A stretch of 64,000 nucleotides of DNA from an uncultured Nitrososphaerota archaeon (GCA_963718895.1 CAVRAG010000008.1:288001-352000), one strand, 5' to 3'; positions 39,405-49,221 are shown, numbered from the stretch's first letter. The notes: generated by a model from the letters alone, not told the origin. Numbers and translations are program-made.

Positions 39405-40687
39405 GCCTGCGCTAGAGGGGTCGCTGAGCGCCCCGGCTCGCGGAGGAAGATTGCCACGATGAAAGCCAGCGAGATCGGAATCATCGCGTCCAGGGCGACG
39501 GCCCTCCCCACGCCTAGTGTGAACAAAGACGCGGCGATGAATGTTGAGAAGATCGTTGCAACTGATTGGGCGGACGTACTGAGTCCCAACGCGCTTCCCG
39601 TCGTCCCGCCGGCGCTGTCGGTCATCAGAGATTGAACAACGGGGAATATGGAGGCACTGAAAAATCCCATCGAGAGCGCGGCGGCCATGTACAGCGCGAA
39701 GGTGGACGACGAGAAGAAGACGGCGTAGGAGAGGAAGGTCGCGAGAGTGACGGCGACCAGCAGCCTGTTCCTCCTGACAGAGTCGGATAGGCCGCCGAGA
39801 ATAATCTTCCCAAATGCGCCCGCAATCAGCACGGGCGAAGAGAGCAGCGAGGCAGAGAGGACCGTGAAGTGCATTACCTTGAAGAAATAGTATGGCAGAA
39901 AGACGACCTGCCAGACGCTCGCCCAGGTAGCCAGCAGGGCGAACACCATGATCAGAACCACGTTCCTTCGTCTGAGCAGCTGCTTCGCATCCCTTCCCAG
40001 GCGAATGCCACTGACGCCCTGACCGGCTGCGGCGAGCTTCTTCCTGGCAATCAAAGCTGCTGCTATGACGACCAGCCCGATGAGTGGGGCGAAGAAGAAC
40101 GCTGGTCGCCAGCTTGAGGTCAGGGTGTAGGCGACACCTCCTATCGCGAGTCCGGCGGTGCTTCCGGCATCGAACCCAACGTAGAATATGCCGAGAGCCA
40201 GCCCTTTGCGTCCCTTGAAGTAGGTAGCCACGCTCGCCATGGCGACAGGCCAGAAGGCTCCCTCCCCGAGCCCGCTGATAAGACGGAACGTGAAGGCCTC
40301 GGCGAAATTCAATGAGAACCCGATGAGCCACGTAAAAGTCGTGAAGAGAGCGAGGCCGCCGATTATCACCGGCCACCTCCCGTACCTGTCCGAGAGGTAC
40401 CCAGCGGCGAACACGATGCAGGTTACACCGATGTACTGGGCGGCGCCCAGAAGGCCTATCTCAGAATTTGTGAGCCCGAGCGAGGACGACACCGGGGCCA
40501 AGACAGCTGAGAGAACTGTCCTGTCGACTGCGTAGACGGCGTACCCCATCGTCAGTATGAACAACAATGCCGCGGACGGACCCTGGTGAGCGAGTGGCCC
40601 CAAGAGGCTCTTTGGTGAACCAAGCGCTGAGATCTTCTGAAGGATCCGATCGCTTCTTGACGCCGTAGTCCGAGCGCCTTTCTCCAT
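39401..40687 (-). CDS. MFS transporter
   Basis: AVDRTVLS, GYLSDRYGR, RLISGLGEG; about 12 TMs. Confidence 0.9.
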   Translation of the reverse strand: MEKGARTTASRSDRILQKISALGSPKSLLGPLAHQGPSAALLFILTMGYAVYAVDRTVLSAVLAPVSSSLGLTNSEIGLLGAAQYIGVTCIVFAAGYLSDRYGRWPVIIGGLALFTTFTWLIGFSLNFAEAFTFRLISGLGEGAFWPVAMASVATYFKGRKGLALGIFYVGFDAGSTAGLAIGGVAYTLTSSWRPAFFFAPLIGLVVIAAALIARKKLAAAGQGVSGIRLGRDAKQLLRRRNVVLIMVFALLATWASVWQVVFLPYYFFKVMHFTVLSASLLSSPVLIAGAFGKIILGGLSDSVRRNRLLVAVTLATFLSYAVFFSSSTFALYMAAALSMGFFSASIFPVVQSLMTDSAGGTTGSALGLSTSAQSVATIFSTFIAASLFTLGVGRAVALDAMIPISLAFIVAIFLREPGRSATPLAQA

Positions 40688-40691
40688 TCGC

Positions 40692-41480
40692 CTACCGCGG
40701 CTTGCGTAAGGCCACGAGCCGGTTTGTCGCCTCGATGTCCAGGGCGGTGTATGACCTTAGGTTCCCGAGCTGACGCGGCGTGAGTTTCTCGCTGGCGAAG
40801 TTCCAATGCAGGCTGACCCAGTTCCCTCGCCTGATGGTCGAGAAGGGGGAAATCTCGCTGTCGTAGTGGACCTCCCTCTTCTCGGGAGCCCCCAATAGAA
40901 GGTCTTCATCACGGAACGCGAGCGGCACCCTTTCTACGACGAGCGTCTTCTGCTTGACCTCGAGCACCCGTCCCCAGGACACCCTGCACGAATCCATCAA
41001 GTCCAGCAGTTTGCCTCGGTTAGCGGTCTTGATATTGGATCTTGCATACATCCCCAGCACATAGAACGTATGGTGCGGTTTGGCGATTGCCCCATACTCG
41101 CGGAAGAGCAGCTTTGTCTCCTCTTTGCTGACCCCGTCTTTCTTTCCAATCCTCTCTCTTGACGAACTAAGGTCTCTGTGGGTGAAGTCGAAAAACTCCG
41201 ATGGTTGCACGCCGTCGAGAAGGGAGTTCCCTATCCAGTAGGCTTCGGTAACCTCCTTGTCGAATGGTTGCCTGCCCGTGGATTTTGCTATCATTCGAAC
41301 GAAGGGATACGCCGCCTCGAACTTTTTCAGCGTAGATGTCAGGCCTTCGCTCACCGAGGAAGAGTGGAGATGCTCAAGTATCCTCCCGTTCTCGTCCGGC
41401 CCGCAGTAACCGAGGCTGTTGGGCTGCAGCGCGTGCTTCGCGTGGAGGAGCTCTCCCTCAATCTCCGACTTTCTCTTCAA
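40692..41480 (-). CDS. DUF6390-like protein (hydrogenase-associated)
   Basis: PNSLGYCGP, FEAAYPF, VTEAYWIGN.LL, PHHTF, DSCRVSWG, GNWVSLHW. Confidence 0.75.
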   Translation of the reverse strand: MKRKSEIEGELLHAKHALQPNSLGYCGPDENGRILEHLHSSSVSEGLTSTLKKFEAAYPFVRMIAKSTGRQPFDKEVTEAYWIGNSLLDGVQPSEFFDFTHRDLSSSRERIGKKDGVSKEETKLLFREYGAIAKPHHTFYVLGMYARSNIKTANRGKLLDLMDSCRVSWGRVLEVKQKTLVVERVPLAFRDEDLLLGAPEKREVHYDSEISPFSTIRRGNWVSLHWNFASEKLTPRQLGNLRSYTALDIEATNRLVALRKPR

Positions 41481-41710
41481 GGCGCGGCCTCCCTGAGCCG
41501 GTTCATCTCCAACCGGAGGTCCCTCTTGAACTCGGCTTCTCTCTTTGTGATTCGCCCAATCGCTTGATCTGCGAAGACCTCGACGTAGGAACCCTTCCTG
41601 GCGCGCACCATCGAGACATCTACCTCGCCCACTTCACCGCTGTCGAGATAGAGCACCGAAGCAGCGGTGCTCTTGATCGAGAGGACCCTGCCGACCCTGG
41701 TGACGCACAT
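41477..41710 (-). CDS. hypC: HypC/HybG-like chaperone (divergent)
   Basis: N-terminal MC, OB-fold pattern, GSYVEVF (conserved His replaced), C-terminal helix. Confidence 0.7.
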   Translation of the reverse strand: MCVTRVGRVLSIKSTAASVLYLDSGEVGEVDVSMVRARKGSYVEVFADQAIGRITKREAEFKRDLRLEMNRLREAAP

Positions 41711-41751
41711 CCGTTTTTTGCGACCTCCAGGCGTTAATAACTCTTGCAGGA

Positions 41752-41769
41752 ATTCTTGACGTCAAGAAT
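41752..41769. promoter_or_regulatory. Perfect palindrome, operator variant
   Basis: ATTCTTGacgtCAAGAAT, 11 bp from minus-strand TTATTAA. Confidence 0.75.
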
Positions 41770-42081
41770 CACCTCATCCTTGATTCCCCGTCCGAAGCAC
41801 CTGAATCAGATTCACGCCCAGGGGCAGGATTCCAAGGGTCCCCCGGTCGCGCTGGACGAGCTAGACGCCTCTGCCTTTGCGGTCGATGACCCGGTGAGAA
41901 TTCCAAGATGGGCTACGGTTCGCATACGCATATAGAATGCACGCAAGTGACTCAAGGATTGAGAACGACCTCTGAGCAAGCAGGTATTGCAAACCCTTCT
42001 TGCACTCACTTCGTGGGCCTCTCTGGTTCCCGATAGCGATTCCAGTAGCGGGCTTACGGGCGCGACACGTCCTCAGATGCC

Positions 42082-42099
42082 GTTGCCAACAATGAGAAT
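42082..42099. promoter_or_regulatory. Degenerate operator upstream of hsp20
   Basis: GTTGCCAacaaTGAGAAT, 11 bp, then CTTAAAT on the plus strand. Confidence 0.6.
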
Positions 42100-42149
42100 C
42101 GCCTCCACCACTTAAATGGTTCACCAATGGTCCGGTGCGCTAGAGCGTA

Positions 42150-42677
42150 TTGACAGGGGAGGAGAAGAGAGTTCCAGTAAAGGTCTCTCGGACTCCCGGA
42201 GAGGAAGATTCGCGAGCGGGGGCCAGTGGAGACGTCGATGGCGCCGACGGCGCCGACGAGAGCCTAGAGAACGAGCTAGGGCGCTTGGAGAGCGCGGCGG
42301 CCGCGGGTCCCGGGCTCGCGACCAAGCATCGGCCCAGTTACATCGCCGAGATGTGGCGCGTCTACACCGATCTCTTTGACACCGGCGAGGAGTATCGAGT
42401 CCTGATAGAGGTCCCCGCCATCCAGAAGGAAGGACTGAACGTCACCGTCTCGACCAAGGAAATCAGGGTATTGGTCGGGGGCAGAAGCGGAATCCCCGCC
42501 GACGCGGGATACGGTCAAGCGAGGAGAACAGACTCGAAGATATTAAGGACTGTGGTCCTCCCCGAAGAAGTCATGGCCGCCAGAGCCGAAGCGAATCTCA
42601 ACAACGGTGTGCTTGAAGTCAAGGTCCCTAAGAGGAGTCCGACCGACGGATCGAAGCACTGGACCCTCATCAGGTAG
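42150..42677 (+). CDS. Hsp20/alpha-crystallin small heat-shock protein
   Basis: DLFDTGEEYRVLIEVP...RTVVLPEEV...A.LNNGVLEVKVPK. Confidence 0.85.
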   Translation: MTGEEKRVPVKVSRTPGEEDSRAGASGDVDGADGADESLENELGRLESAAAAGPGLATKHRPSYIAEMWRVYTDLFDTGEEYRVLIEVPAIQKEGLNVTVSTKEIRVLVGGRSGIPADAGYGQARRTDSKILRTVVLPEEVMAARAEANLNNGVLEVKVPKRSPTDGSKHWTLIR

Positions 42678-42718
42678 CTGGGGCTCATGCAAAAAGCGAT
42701 TGGAGAGTAGAGCTCAGG

Positions 42719-43150
42719 TTGCTCTTCGTAAATGACATAATGTCATCGAAGGTCAAGACCATCGAAGGTTCATCGTCTATCCTTGAGGCTGCCGTGCTCA
42801 TGGACAAGTCTAGGATAGGTTCCCTGGTCATAATCGGTCGGGGAGGCCCGGTCGGGATTGTAACCGAGGGGGACATCTCGAGGGCGGTCGCAAAGCGCCT
42901 GGAGGTCGCAAAGGTTCACGTAGAATCGATCATGAGCAAGCCTCTGATCACAGCGAAGCGCGAAATGCGCGTCGAAGAAGCGGCAAAGCTCATGGCCGAT
43001 TCGCACGTGAAGAAGCTGCCGGTCGTCGACTACGGCCGCCTGGTGGGGATGGTCACACAAACGGACATCGTGGGAGCGAGCTTCAGCCTCGTGAGCTCTC
43101 TGAAGGAGATGGTCCGTGCACGTTACAGCCCTCCGGACTTTGAGCCCTAG
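42719..43150 (+). CDS. CBS-pair protein
   Basis: Two CBS motifs (GIVTEGDI, GMVTQTDI). Confidence 0.9.
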   Translation: MLFVNDIMSSKVKTIEGSSSILEAAVLMDKSRIGSLVIIGRGGPVGIVTEGDISRAVAKRLEVAKVHVESIMSKPLITAKREMRVEEAAKLMADSHVKKLPVVDYGRLVGMVTQTDIVGASFSLVSSLKEMVRARYSPPDFEP

Positions 43151-43245
43151 CCCCCCAGACTCCTCAGAGTGGCCAACAGCCCGGCCAGCATATGGGAGCG
43201 CAAACCCACGGTTCTCTTCGTCGAGGAGGGCAGATCCCTGACGCG

Positions 43246-43887
43246 TCAGGCTTCCGGCTCGGCCGTACCGAGTGCACGACGCACTGCGGCATCTTCGACC
43301 TGTCCGAACTCACCATAAAAGCCGCCTATTGCGTAGAAAGGCTCCGGCGTCTCGAGGCAGATTACCCGATCGGCCAGCTTCGAGAGTTTGGCGATAGATT
43401 CAGGGGGTCCCACTGGAACGGCGAGTATCACGATTGCCGCTTTCATCCGCCTAACAGATTGAATGGCGGCCCGGACGGTCGAACCGGTCGCAACCCCGTC
43501 GTCGACGATTACCACGGTCTTTCCTACGGGATCCGGGGCGGGGCGGTCGCCTCTGTAGCTCCTCATCCTCCTGCTCACCTCCGCGCTCTGCTCAGCTCCC
43601 TCTCGAACCAGATAGGAATCGGGAACTCGGAGCATCCTCACGAGTTCCGGTTCGATGATCAATTCGCCGTCCTGGGTTACGGCACCTACGGCCAGTTCGG
43701 GGTTCCCGGGAGCACCGATCTTTCGAGTTATTATCAGGTCGAGAGGTGCGCCTATCGCGTCGGCAACTTCCTTTCCGACGATTACGCCTCCACGAGGGAT
43801 CGCAAGGACGATTACATTCTTGTCGCCTCTCAGGAAACTCAGCGATTCGGCCAGCAGGCGGCCAGCTTCCTTTCTATCCTTGAACAA
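43246..43887 (-). CDS. Type I phosphoribosyltransferase-family protein
   Basis: FKDRKEAG, AIPRGGV, VIVDDGVATGST. Confidence 0.9.
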   Translation of the reverse strand: MFKDRKEAGRLLAESLSFLRGDKNVIVLAIPRGGVIVGKEVADAIGAPLDLIITRKIGAPGNPELAVGAVTQDGELIIEPELVRMLRVPDSYLVREGAEQSAEVSRRMRSYRGDRPAPDPVGKTVVIVDDGVATGSTVRAAIQSVRRMKAAIVILAVPVGPPESIAKLSKLADRVICLETPEPFYAIGGFYGEFGQVEDAAVRRALGTAEPEA

Positions 43888-44175
43888 CGAGGTTCAACTC
43901 GGATAGCACGACGTCGACCGCCCGAGTCCCGGACGGACCCCACCCCGTTGCAGATGCCTTCGGGAATGTGCGTTCATGCTCAACAAGCAACGGTCTCGTT
44001 CCCGTGTCATATATCTCGCACCCCGGCGCGCTCTCTCCCTCGCCCGTCGCAGCACCGACCAAGACCAGGAATCAGAGGGAGAGACTCACCCACCTAGGCG
44101 GGATGGTCGAGTTCTCGGTCGGGCTTATCGGGTACAAGCCCGCCGGTCATCCCCTTCAGCAGGGTCGACGAAGAA

Positions 44176-44193
44176 ATCCTCGGCTCTGAGAGG
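44176..44193. promoter_or_regulatory. Weak operator match upstream of usp
   Basis: ATCCTCGgctcTGAGAGG, 11 bp, then TTAAAT. Confidence 0.4.
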
Positions 44194-44236
44194 CATGCGC
44201 CCCCTTAAATTGAAGTGTGTCGGCGCAGCGGCCGAG

Positions 44237-44674
44237 TTGTCTCACACGCAGGGGTTCAAACGGGTCCTGGTCGCCGTGGACGGCTCAGCGGTCTCGATCC
44301 GAGCGGCGGAGCAGGCGGCTAGGATAGCCAAGCAGAACGGGGCTCAACTACTGGCCCTGCACGTGGTCCCGACCCCACCTTTTGAGTCGGTCGGGGAGCT
44401 CGGAGAGTACTACAACATCGCCCGACGGGAGGCGAAGAAGTGGGTGAAGGGGGTAGAGGAGATCGCGGAGAGCCACGGGCTGGCAGTGAAGGTCGAGATC
44501 ATCGTTGGCGCGTACTCCGTCGTGGACACAATAGTAGGGTACGCAGAGACCAGCTCTGTCGACCTAATCGTCAGCGGGACGAGGGGGAGGACTCCCTCCG
44601 CGAGGATGCGCATCGGAAGCGTCGCGTCCGGCCTCGTGGAGTACGCGGGGTGCGCCGTCCTGGTGATACGGTAG
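44237..44674 (+). CDS. Universal stress protein
   Basis: RVLVAVDGS...DLIVSGTRG...IGSVA...VLVIR. Confidence 0.9.
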   Translation: MSHTQGFKRVLVAVDGSAVSIRAAEQAARIAKQNGAQLLALHVVPTPPFESVGELGEYYNIARREAKKWVKGVEEIAESHGLAVKVEIIVGAYSVVDTIVGYAETSSVDLIVSGTRGRTPSARMRIGSVASGLVEYAGCAVLVIR

Positions 44675-44698
44675 AGGTCTTCCCAAGAGGCGATCAGG

Positions 44699-46309
44699 TT
44701 GGCCGTTGCTCGCCTCAGCAGGGTCACGTTGGAAGCCCCCAAGGGCGAGCTGGGCCTGGTCCTGGCAAGGCTAATCAAGTTCGGAGCGTTTCACCCGTCG
44801 AAGAGCGAAGGGATGGTCCAGGACGTCGGGTTGCTCATGCTCGGGTCGAGGGCCCAGGCGGTAAACGCACGGGCGACGGAGCTGCTCGGCAAGGAAGGCG
44901 CCAAGCGCGAAGGTAGCCCGTCGGTTCTCGAGCGATTTCAGGCGCACACTATAGACGAACTTGTAAGTTCGCTCGAGGAGTTTGTCGAGATAATCGAGAA
45001 GAACCTCTCGCTCTTCACGGAGGACGAGGACAGGAGAGGCATAATCGACGTGCTTCTGGGGGTCCGAGAAGCCTCTGCCATGATCTTCGGGGACCTTCAG
45101 AAGATCCTCGTCTTTCCACGGAGCGACGGGTCGGTAAGGTTAGAAGGTTTCATCGCAGCAGGGTCGGCCAAGTCGTTTAGCAGTCAGCTTGGCCAGTATG
45201 TCCACTCGGTTGAGCAGGTCAAGACCCAGGACAAGGGCAGCCCCTACGTTCCCACGCTTCTGGTCAATCCGAGAATCATATCGATCTTCGAAGACCTTAC
45301 CCTCCAGAGAGGCCTGCCACGCTACGGCCAGGTCGACCCGACGCCGATAATTGCGTTCGTCTTCCCCCTCTTCTTTGGGATAATGTTCGCCGACATCGGC
45401 CACGGGATCGCACTGCTCGCTTTCGGTCTGTATCTTGTCAACAGGACGGCCTACAGGGGCTGGGGGAAGCAGGTCATCGTACTGAGCTCATCGACGATGG
45501 TCTTCGGGTTCATCAGAGGGTCCATCTTCGGATTGACGTTCCCGTCACCCCTTGGAAGCGTGGTCCCTCTGCCCCCCGGGTTAAGCGCCTCCTTCACTCT
45601 GTCCTCCGTCCCGTTCCTGCTCGAGGTCGCGGTGGTCGTGGGGACTTTCCATCTGGCGAGCGGCTACTGGATAGCTTTCGTCAACCAAGAGCACGCGGGC
45701 AACTACGTCGATGCGTTCCTGAACCGGCTCCCCACGGTCGTTCTGTATGTGTTCATCGTCCTCTTCGGCCTTGCGGTCGTGGGGACGACCTTGGACCTCG
45801 GCGTCCTCTTTACCAGCGCGGCCCCCACGCCGGTCTTCGACGACCTGCTCGGACTGAGAATACCTGTATCGGCGACGGCCACGCTCTCGCTCCCGGTGAT
45901 CGTCGCGACCTTCTCGCTCATCGTGATTGGCCACCCCATTGGGGAATACCTGGCGTACAGAAACCTTAGGGGCACCGCAAAGGCCTTCGCCTCGGGGCTG
46001 GTCGACGCCGTCGTCAAGCCCTTTGAGTTCTTCGTCAACACCATCAGCTACGTGAGACTGGGCGTCCTCCTGATCACGACGACGCTCCTCGGCAGTCTGG
46101 TTGCGGGGGTGATGTCGGAGGGGATAGCAGGCGCCCTCGTAGCCATCCTACTGAACGTCGTTGTGATAGCTCTGGAGGGTGTGATTGTCTACATCCAGGA
46201 CATGCGGCTCCAGCTCTATGAATGGTTCTCCGAGTTCTACGTCGGGAACGGGACTCCGTTCGTGGGCTTGGTCTCAGGCGGCAGCCACTTCGTCGTCAGT
46301 TGGACCTGA
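44699..46309 (+). CDS. Orphan, shortened A/V-type ATPase subunit I (a) paralog
   Basis: PTLL.NP, P.YGQVDPT, FFGIMFADIGHG, NTISYVRL, MRLQLYEWFSEFY.G.G..F. Confidence 0.85.
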   Translation: MAVARLSRVTLEAPKGELGLVLARLIKFGAFHPSKSEGMVQDVGLLMLGSRAQAVNARATELLGKEGAKREGSPSVLERFQAHTIDELVSSLEEFVEIIEKNLSLFTEDEDRRGIIDVLLGVREASAMIFGDLQKILVFPRSDGSVRLEGFIAAGSAKSFSSQLGQYVHSVEQVKTQDKGSPYVPTLLVNPRIISIFEDLTLQRGLPRYGQVDPTPIIAFVFPLFFGIMFADIGHGIALLAFGLYLVNRTAYRGWGKQVIVLSSSTMVFGFIRGSIFGLTFPSPLGSVVPLPPGLSASFTLSSVPFLLEVAVVVGTFHLASGYWIAFVNQEHAGNYVDAFLNRLPTVVLYVFIVLFGLAVVGTTLDLGVLFTSAAPTPVFDDLLGLRIPVSATATLSLPVIVATFSLIVIGHPIGEYLAYRNLRGTAKAFASGLVDAVVKPFEFFVNTISYVRLGVLLITTTLLGSLVAGVMSEGIAGALVAILLNVVVIALEGVIVYIQDMRLQLYEWFSEFYVGNGTPFVGLVSGGSHFVVSWT

Positions 46310-46317
46310 GCCTCGCT

Positions 46318-48177
46318 TCACCGCGCGTTGTTCAGGGTAGCGAACGCCTCCATCGTCATCGGCTCGAGGGGGACCCTCTCCCCGTCGAAGACGGCGGTGT
46401 CGTATCTCCCGAACAGGCGGTGAACACCGTGGTCCATCTCCTCGGCAAGACCGAGAAACATCGTCCGCAGGAACGCCGTACCGACCCTCAGGCCGCTGGT
46501 GCCTTCCCACTCGAGCTCCTCCTTCTTGAAGAGCGTGTCCGCGTTCGCCTCCTTCACCATATCCTGGATAGCGCTCAGCGCAGCGTGCCTCTTGTCCTCT
46601 GGCAGAGTGAGGGCCGCCTCGACGGCCTCCATCGCCGTCCTGGCCGCCGTCTGGTGCTTCTTGACGTGGTTGTAGGTCTCCGCGCTGACGAGCCCGTACT
46701 TGAACTTCAGTTCGTTCAGTTCGCCGGCGGCGTCGTAGCTCGCCGCTATTATCTCGTCTCGGCACATGGCATCGGTCTCATACGAGAGGATCGACTTCCA
46801 GGTGGGTTCGAGCAAAGCCATCCTGTGGTCCTCGAGCGTGCGGTAGAAGTGCCTGTAGCCGTACTTCGGGTCCTCGTAGGCGCCGCAGCCAGGGTCGAGA
46901 AACGGCCCCATCGGCGATATGAAGAACTGGAGACGGGAGTCGGCTCCGAAGCGCTTGATCAGGCTCTCACAATAGGGCACGCTACCCATCGCGCTCTCAT
47001 ATGTCTGGTGAGGTATCCCGACCATGAAGAAGAGGTCCAGCTTGGCACATCCGTGTGAGAGGGCGCTCGCTATGGTGTCTTCCACCCTGCCGTTGGAGAC
47101 TGGGAACTTGAGACAGTCCTGCTTTCGAAGCTTCTCATCCTGGGTCTCGATGGTCACCTCGATGCTCCACCGGCGGACGCTGTCTCTGATCATCTCGAAG
47201 TACTCGTCCCCCGCCGGGTAGAAGAGCTCAGACACGAACTCGTTGGGCATCTTCTGCTCCTTGAGGAGCGAGAAGAACCTCTGGGCGCGGGCGAGGCCGC
47301 CTATCCGAGGGTCATGGACCATCATTATCGGGCTTCGGGAGAAGGACATTATCGACCTGACGTCGGAGACCAGCTTCTCGGGAGACCTGAACGCCGGCCA
47401 CGAGCGTTCGCAGACGCGCTCGTATGCGGATCGCGAACCTCCGCAGGTCGAGCAGTCTAGGGTGCACCCCCTCGAGTTGAGGAGCATGGTCGTCGGATGC
47501 TGGAGCCAGCGAAGGTATGGGGAGATATCCTCCATGCTCCGGTACTTGAACATCAGCCTTATCGCGTAGAGATAGTCCGGCACGTCGACGTAGTCGAGGT
47601 CGCCAGGGATGAACGTGAGGGGATTGACGACCACTTCTCCGTCGGGACGCTTCCATGTGAGGTTCTCGACCGAGTCCAGGGGCTGACCCCGCTTTATGGC
47701 GTGGAGCAGTTGTCGACACGGCTCTTCGGTCGAGTCGCCGCGGATCACAAAGTCGACGTAGGGGTACCTAATCAGCTCCTCGTGGTAGTAGCTCGAGGAG
47801 AGCCCTCCCATGAGGACATAGCTTAGAGGATGAATCCTCTTGACGAGCTCGGCGATGGCGAGTGCTCCGTTGGCGTGGGGGAGCCAGTGCAGGTCTATAC
47901 CGAAGACGGTCGAGCGCATCCTGCGCAGCCTCGCCTCGACGTCATAGTGCGGGTCCCGGAGCATCCTGTAGGCCAGATTCACAAGCGCGACGTTGTACTG
48001 GTTCTTCCCGAGGTAGGATGCGATGCTGGTGAGGCCTACCGGATACATCTCGAACTCGTCGGTCGATGGGATGGCGTCCGCAACCGGACCCTGCATGATC
48101 GTCTTCTTTCTGAAGTCATAGACCGACGGAGCGTGCAGCAGCGTCAGATCTGTCCGGAATACGTCGCTCAATCCCAA
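46318..48177 (-). CDS. B12-binding radical SAM protein (TIGR04190-like)
   Basis: LLHAPSVYDFR, FEMYPVG, GIDLHWLPH, RGCTLDCSTCGG, PFLDPG. Confidence 0.88.
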   Translation of the reverse strand: MGLSDVFRTDLTLLHAPSVYDFRKKTIMQGPVADAIPSTDEFEMYPVGLTSIASYLGKNQYNVALVNLAYRMLRDPHYDVEARLRRMRSTVFGIDLHWLPHANGALAIAELVKRIHPLSYVLMGGLSSSYYHEELIRYPYVDFVIRGDSTEEPCRQLLHAIKRGQPLDSVENLTWKRPDGEVVVNPLTFIPGDLDYVDVPDYLYAIRLMFKYRSMEDISPYLRWLQHPTTMLLNSRGCTLDCSTCGGSRSAYERVCERSWPAFRSPEKLVSDVRSIMSFSRSPIMMVHDPRIGGLARAQRFFSLLKEQKMPNEFVSELFYPAGDEYFEMIRDSVRRWSIEVTIETQDEKLRKQDCLKFPVSNGRVEDTIASALSHGCAKLDLFFMVGIPHQTYESAMGSVPYCESLIKRFGADSRLQFFISPMGPFLDPGCGAYEDPKYGYRHFYRTLEDHRMALLEPTWKSILSYETDAMCRDEIIAASYDAAGELNELKFKYGLVSAETYNHVKKHQTAARTAMEAVEAALTLPEDKRHAALSAIQDMVKEANADTLFKKEELEWEGTSGLRVGTAFLRTMFLGLAEEMDHGVHRLFGRYDTAVFDGERVPLEPMTMEAFATLNNAR

Positions 48178-48300
48178 AATACACCACTCCGCGGTTCCGA
48201 GATGCAGGCATTTTCGGCCCCAATAAGACTATTGGGTCGACTGACAGGATCCACCGTGGCTGACATCAGATAAATACGGGAATCAACTTCATAGAAGGCA

Positions 48301-48546
48301 GTGGGAATGATGAACGGGGACGAAGACGCGGTCGTGCAGGAGAGGGAGGAGGAAGCAGAACCCGACGTCGAGCCGGCGGAGGAAGAGGAGGAGGACAATT
48401 TAGAAGAAGAGACGGAAGTGGAGTCCGAGGATCGGGAATCGGAAGAGATCGAGGATAGAGAGGGCCAGACGGCTGGGAAGAGCCCTGTATTGAAGAAGCG
48501 GGTCAGGGGTGGGAAGAAAGCAGGAAAGAAGCCCAAGGTTCGGTGA
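48301..48546 (+). CDS. Small acidic protein with basic tail (likely disordered)
   Basis: Glu-rich body, Lys-rich end; TAAATA upstream. Confidence 0.5.
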   Translation: MGMMNGDEDAVVQEREEEAEPDVEPAEEEEEDNLEEETEVESEDRESEEIEDREGQTAGKSPVLKKRVRGGKKAGKKPKVR

Positions 48547-48644
48547 AATCTCTTCACGTTGGGCGAGACTTGTCGGTCTCGCCGCTCTTCTGCCGAGCGG
48601 TGCCGCGGCTCCGCTCGCAGGTGTCTCGGTCGTCCAGGTGATAG

Positions 48645-49079
48645 TCATGGCACAAGCACAACCGGGATTGTTGAGTTCTCGACGACCCGGCGGGAGACGC
48701 TCCCGAGGGACCGGATGCGACCTAGATGATGAAGACCGAAGACCCCGATAACTATCATACTGGCTTTCCTGCGCTTGGCGATGTCGAGTATCAGGTCGGC
48801 AGGGTTTCCGGTGTTGGTGACCACCTCGTACTCAAGGCCCTCGTTCCTGAGGAGGCTTCCCAGCGAACCCCCTATCCTCTGCGAGACCTGCTCGAAGTAT
48901 GTTGCGGGGTCGAGCCCTTCGACCTTGGTGTACTCGACATATCCGCTGGGGACGCGGGGATCCGGGATGATGTTGACCAGCAGTATGCGGGCAGGTATCG
49001 ACTTCGCGAGCTGGGCGGCGTAGTCGACCACCTTGGCGGAATGCTGCGACCCGTCCACGGCGACGACTATCTGATCCAT
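48645..49079 (-). CDS. Universal stress protein
   Basis: IVVAVDGS...GNPA..I...IVIG...LGSVSRRVV...PVVLVP. Confidence 0.9.
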   Translation of the reverse strand: MDQIVVAVDGSQHSAKVVDYAAQLAKSIPARILLVNIIPDPRVPSGYVEYTKVEGLDPATYFEQVSQRIGGSLGSLLRNEGLEYEVVTNTGNPADLILDIAKRRKASMIVIGVFGLHHLGRIRSLGSVSRRVVENSTIPVVLVP

Positions 49080-49120
49080 GCGAACCGAGGTCGCCTCCGG
49101 CTATATAATGCGGGTAGACA

Positions 49121-49138
49121 ATTCCCAAGTTTGACAAT
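49121..49138. promoter_or_regulatory. Degenerate operator upstream of usp
   Basis: ATTCCCAagttTGACAAT, 11 bp from minus-strand ATTATATA. Confidence 0.65.
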
Positions 49139-49221
49139 TTGCAGCCGCCGTGGAGCTGATCGGGACGTGCCGGTGTCTTTCTCACTCCAGAGGAGATCAG
49201 GACGGGACGCGCGACCGGGGC

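Noticed and set aside
41950-41966. Additional operator-like site ACTCAAGGATTGAGAAC
   Set aside because: Spacer is off by one and no convincing downstream gene, so it was left out of the regulon count
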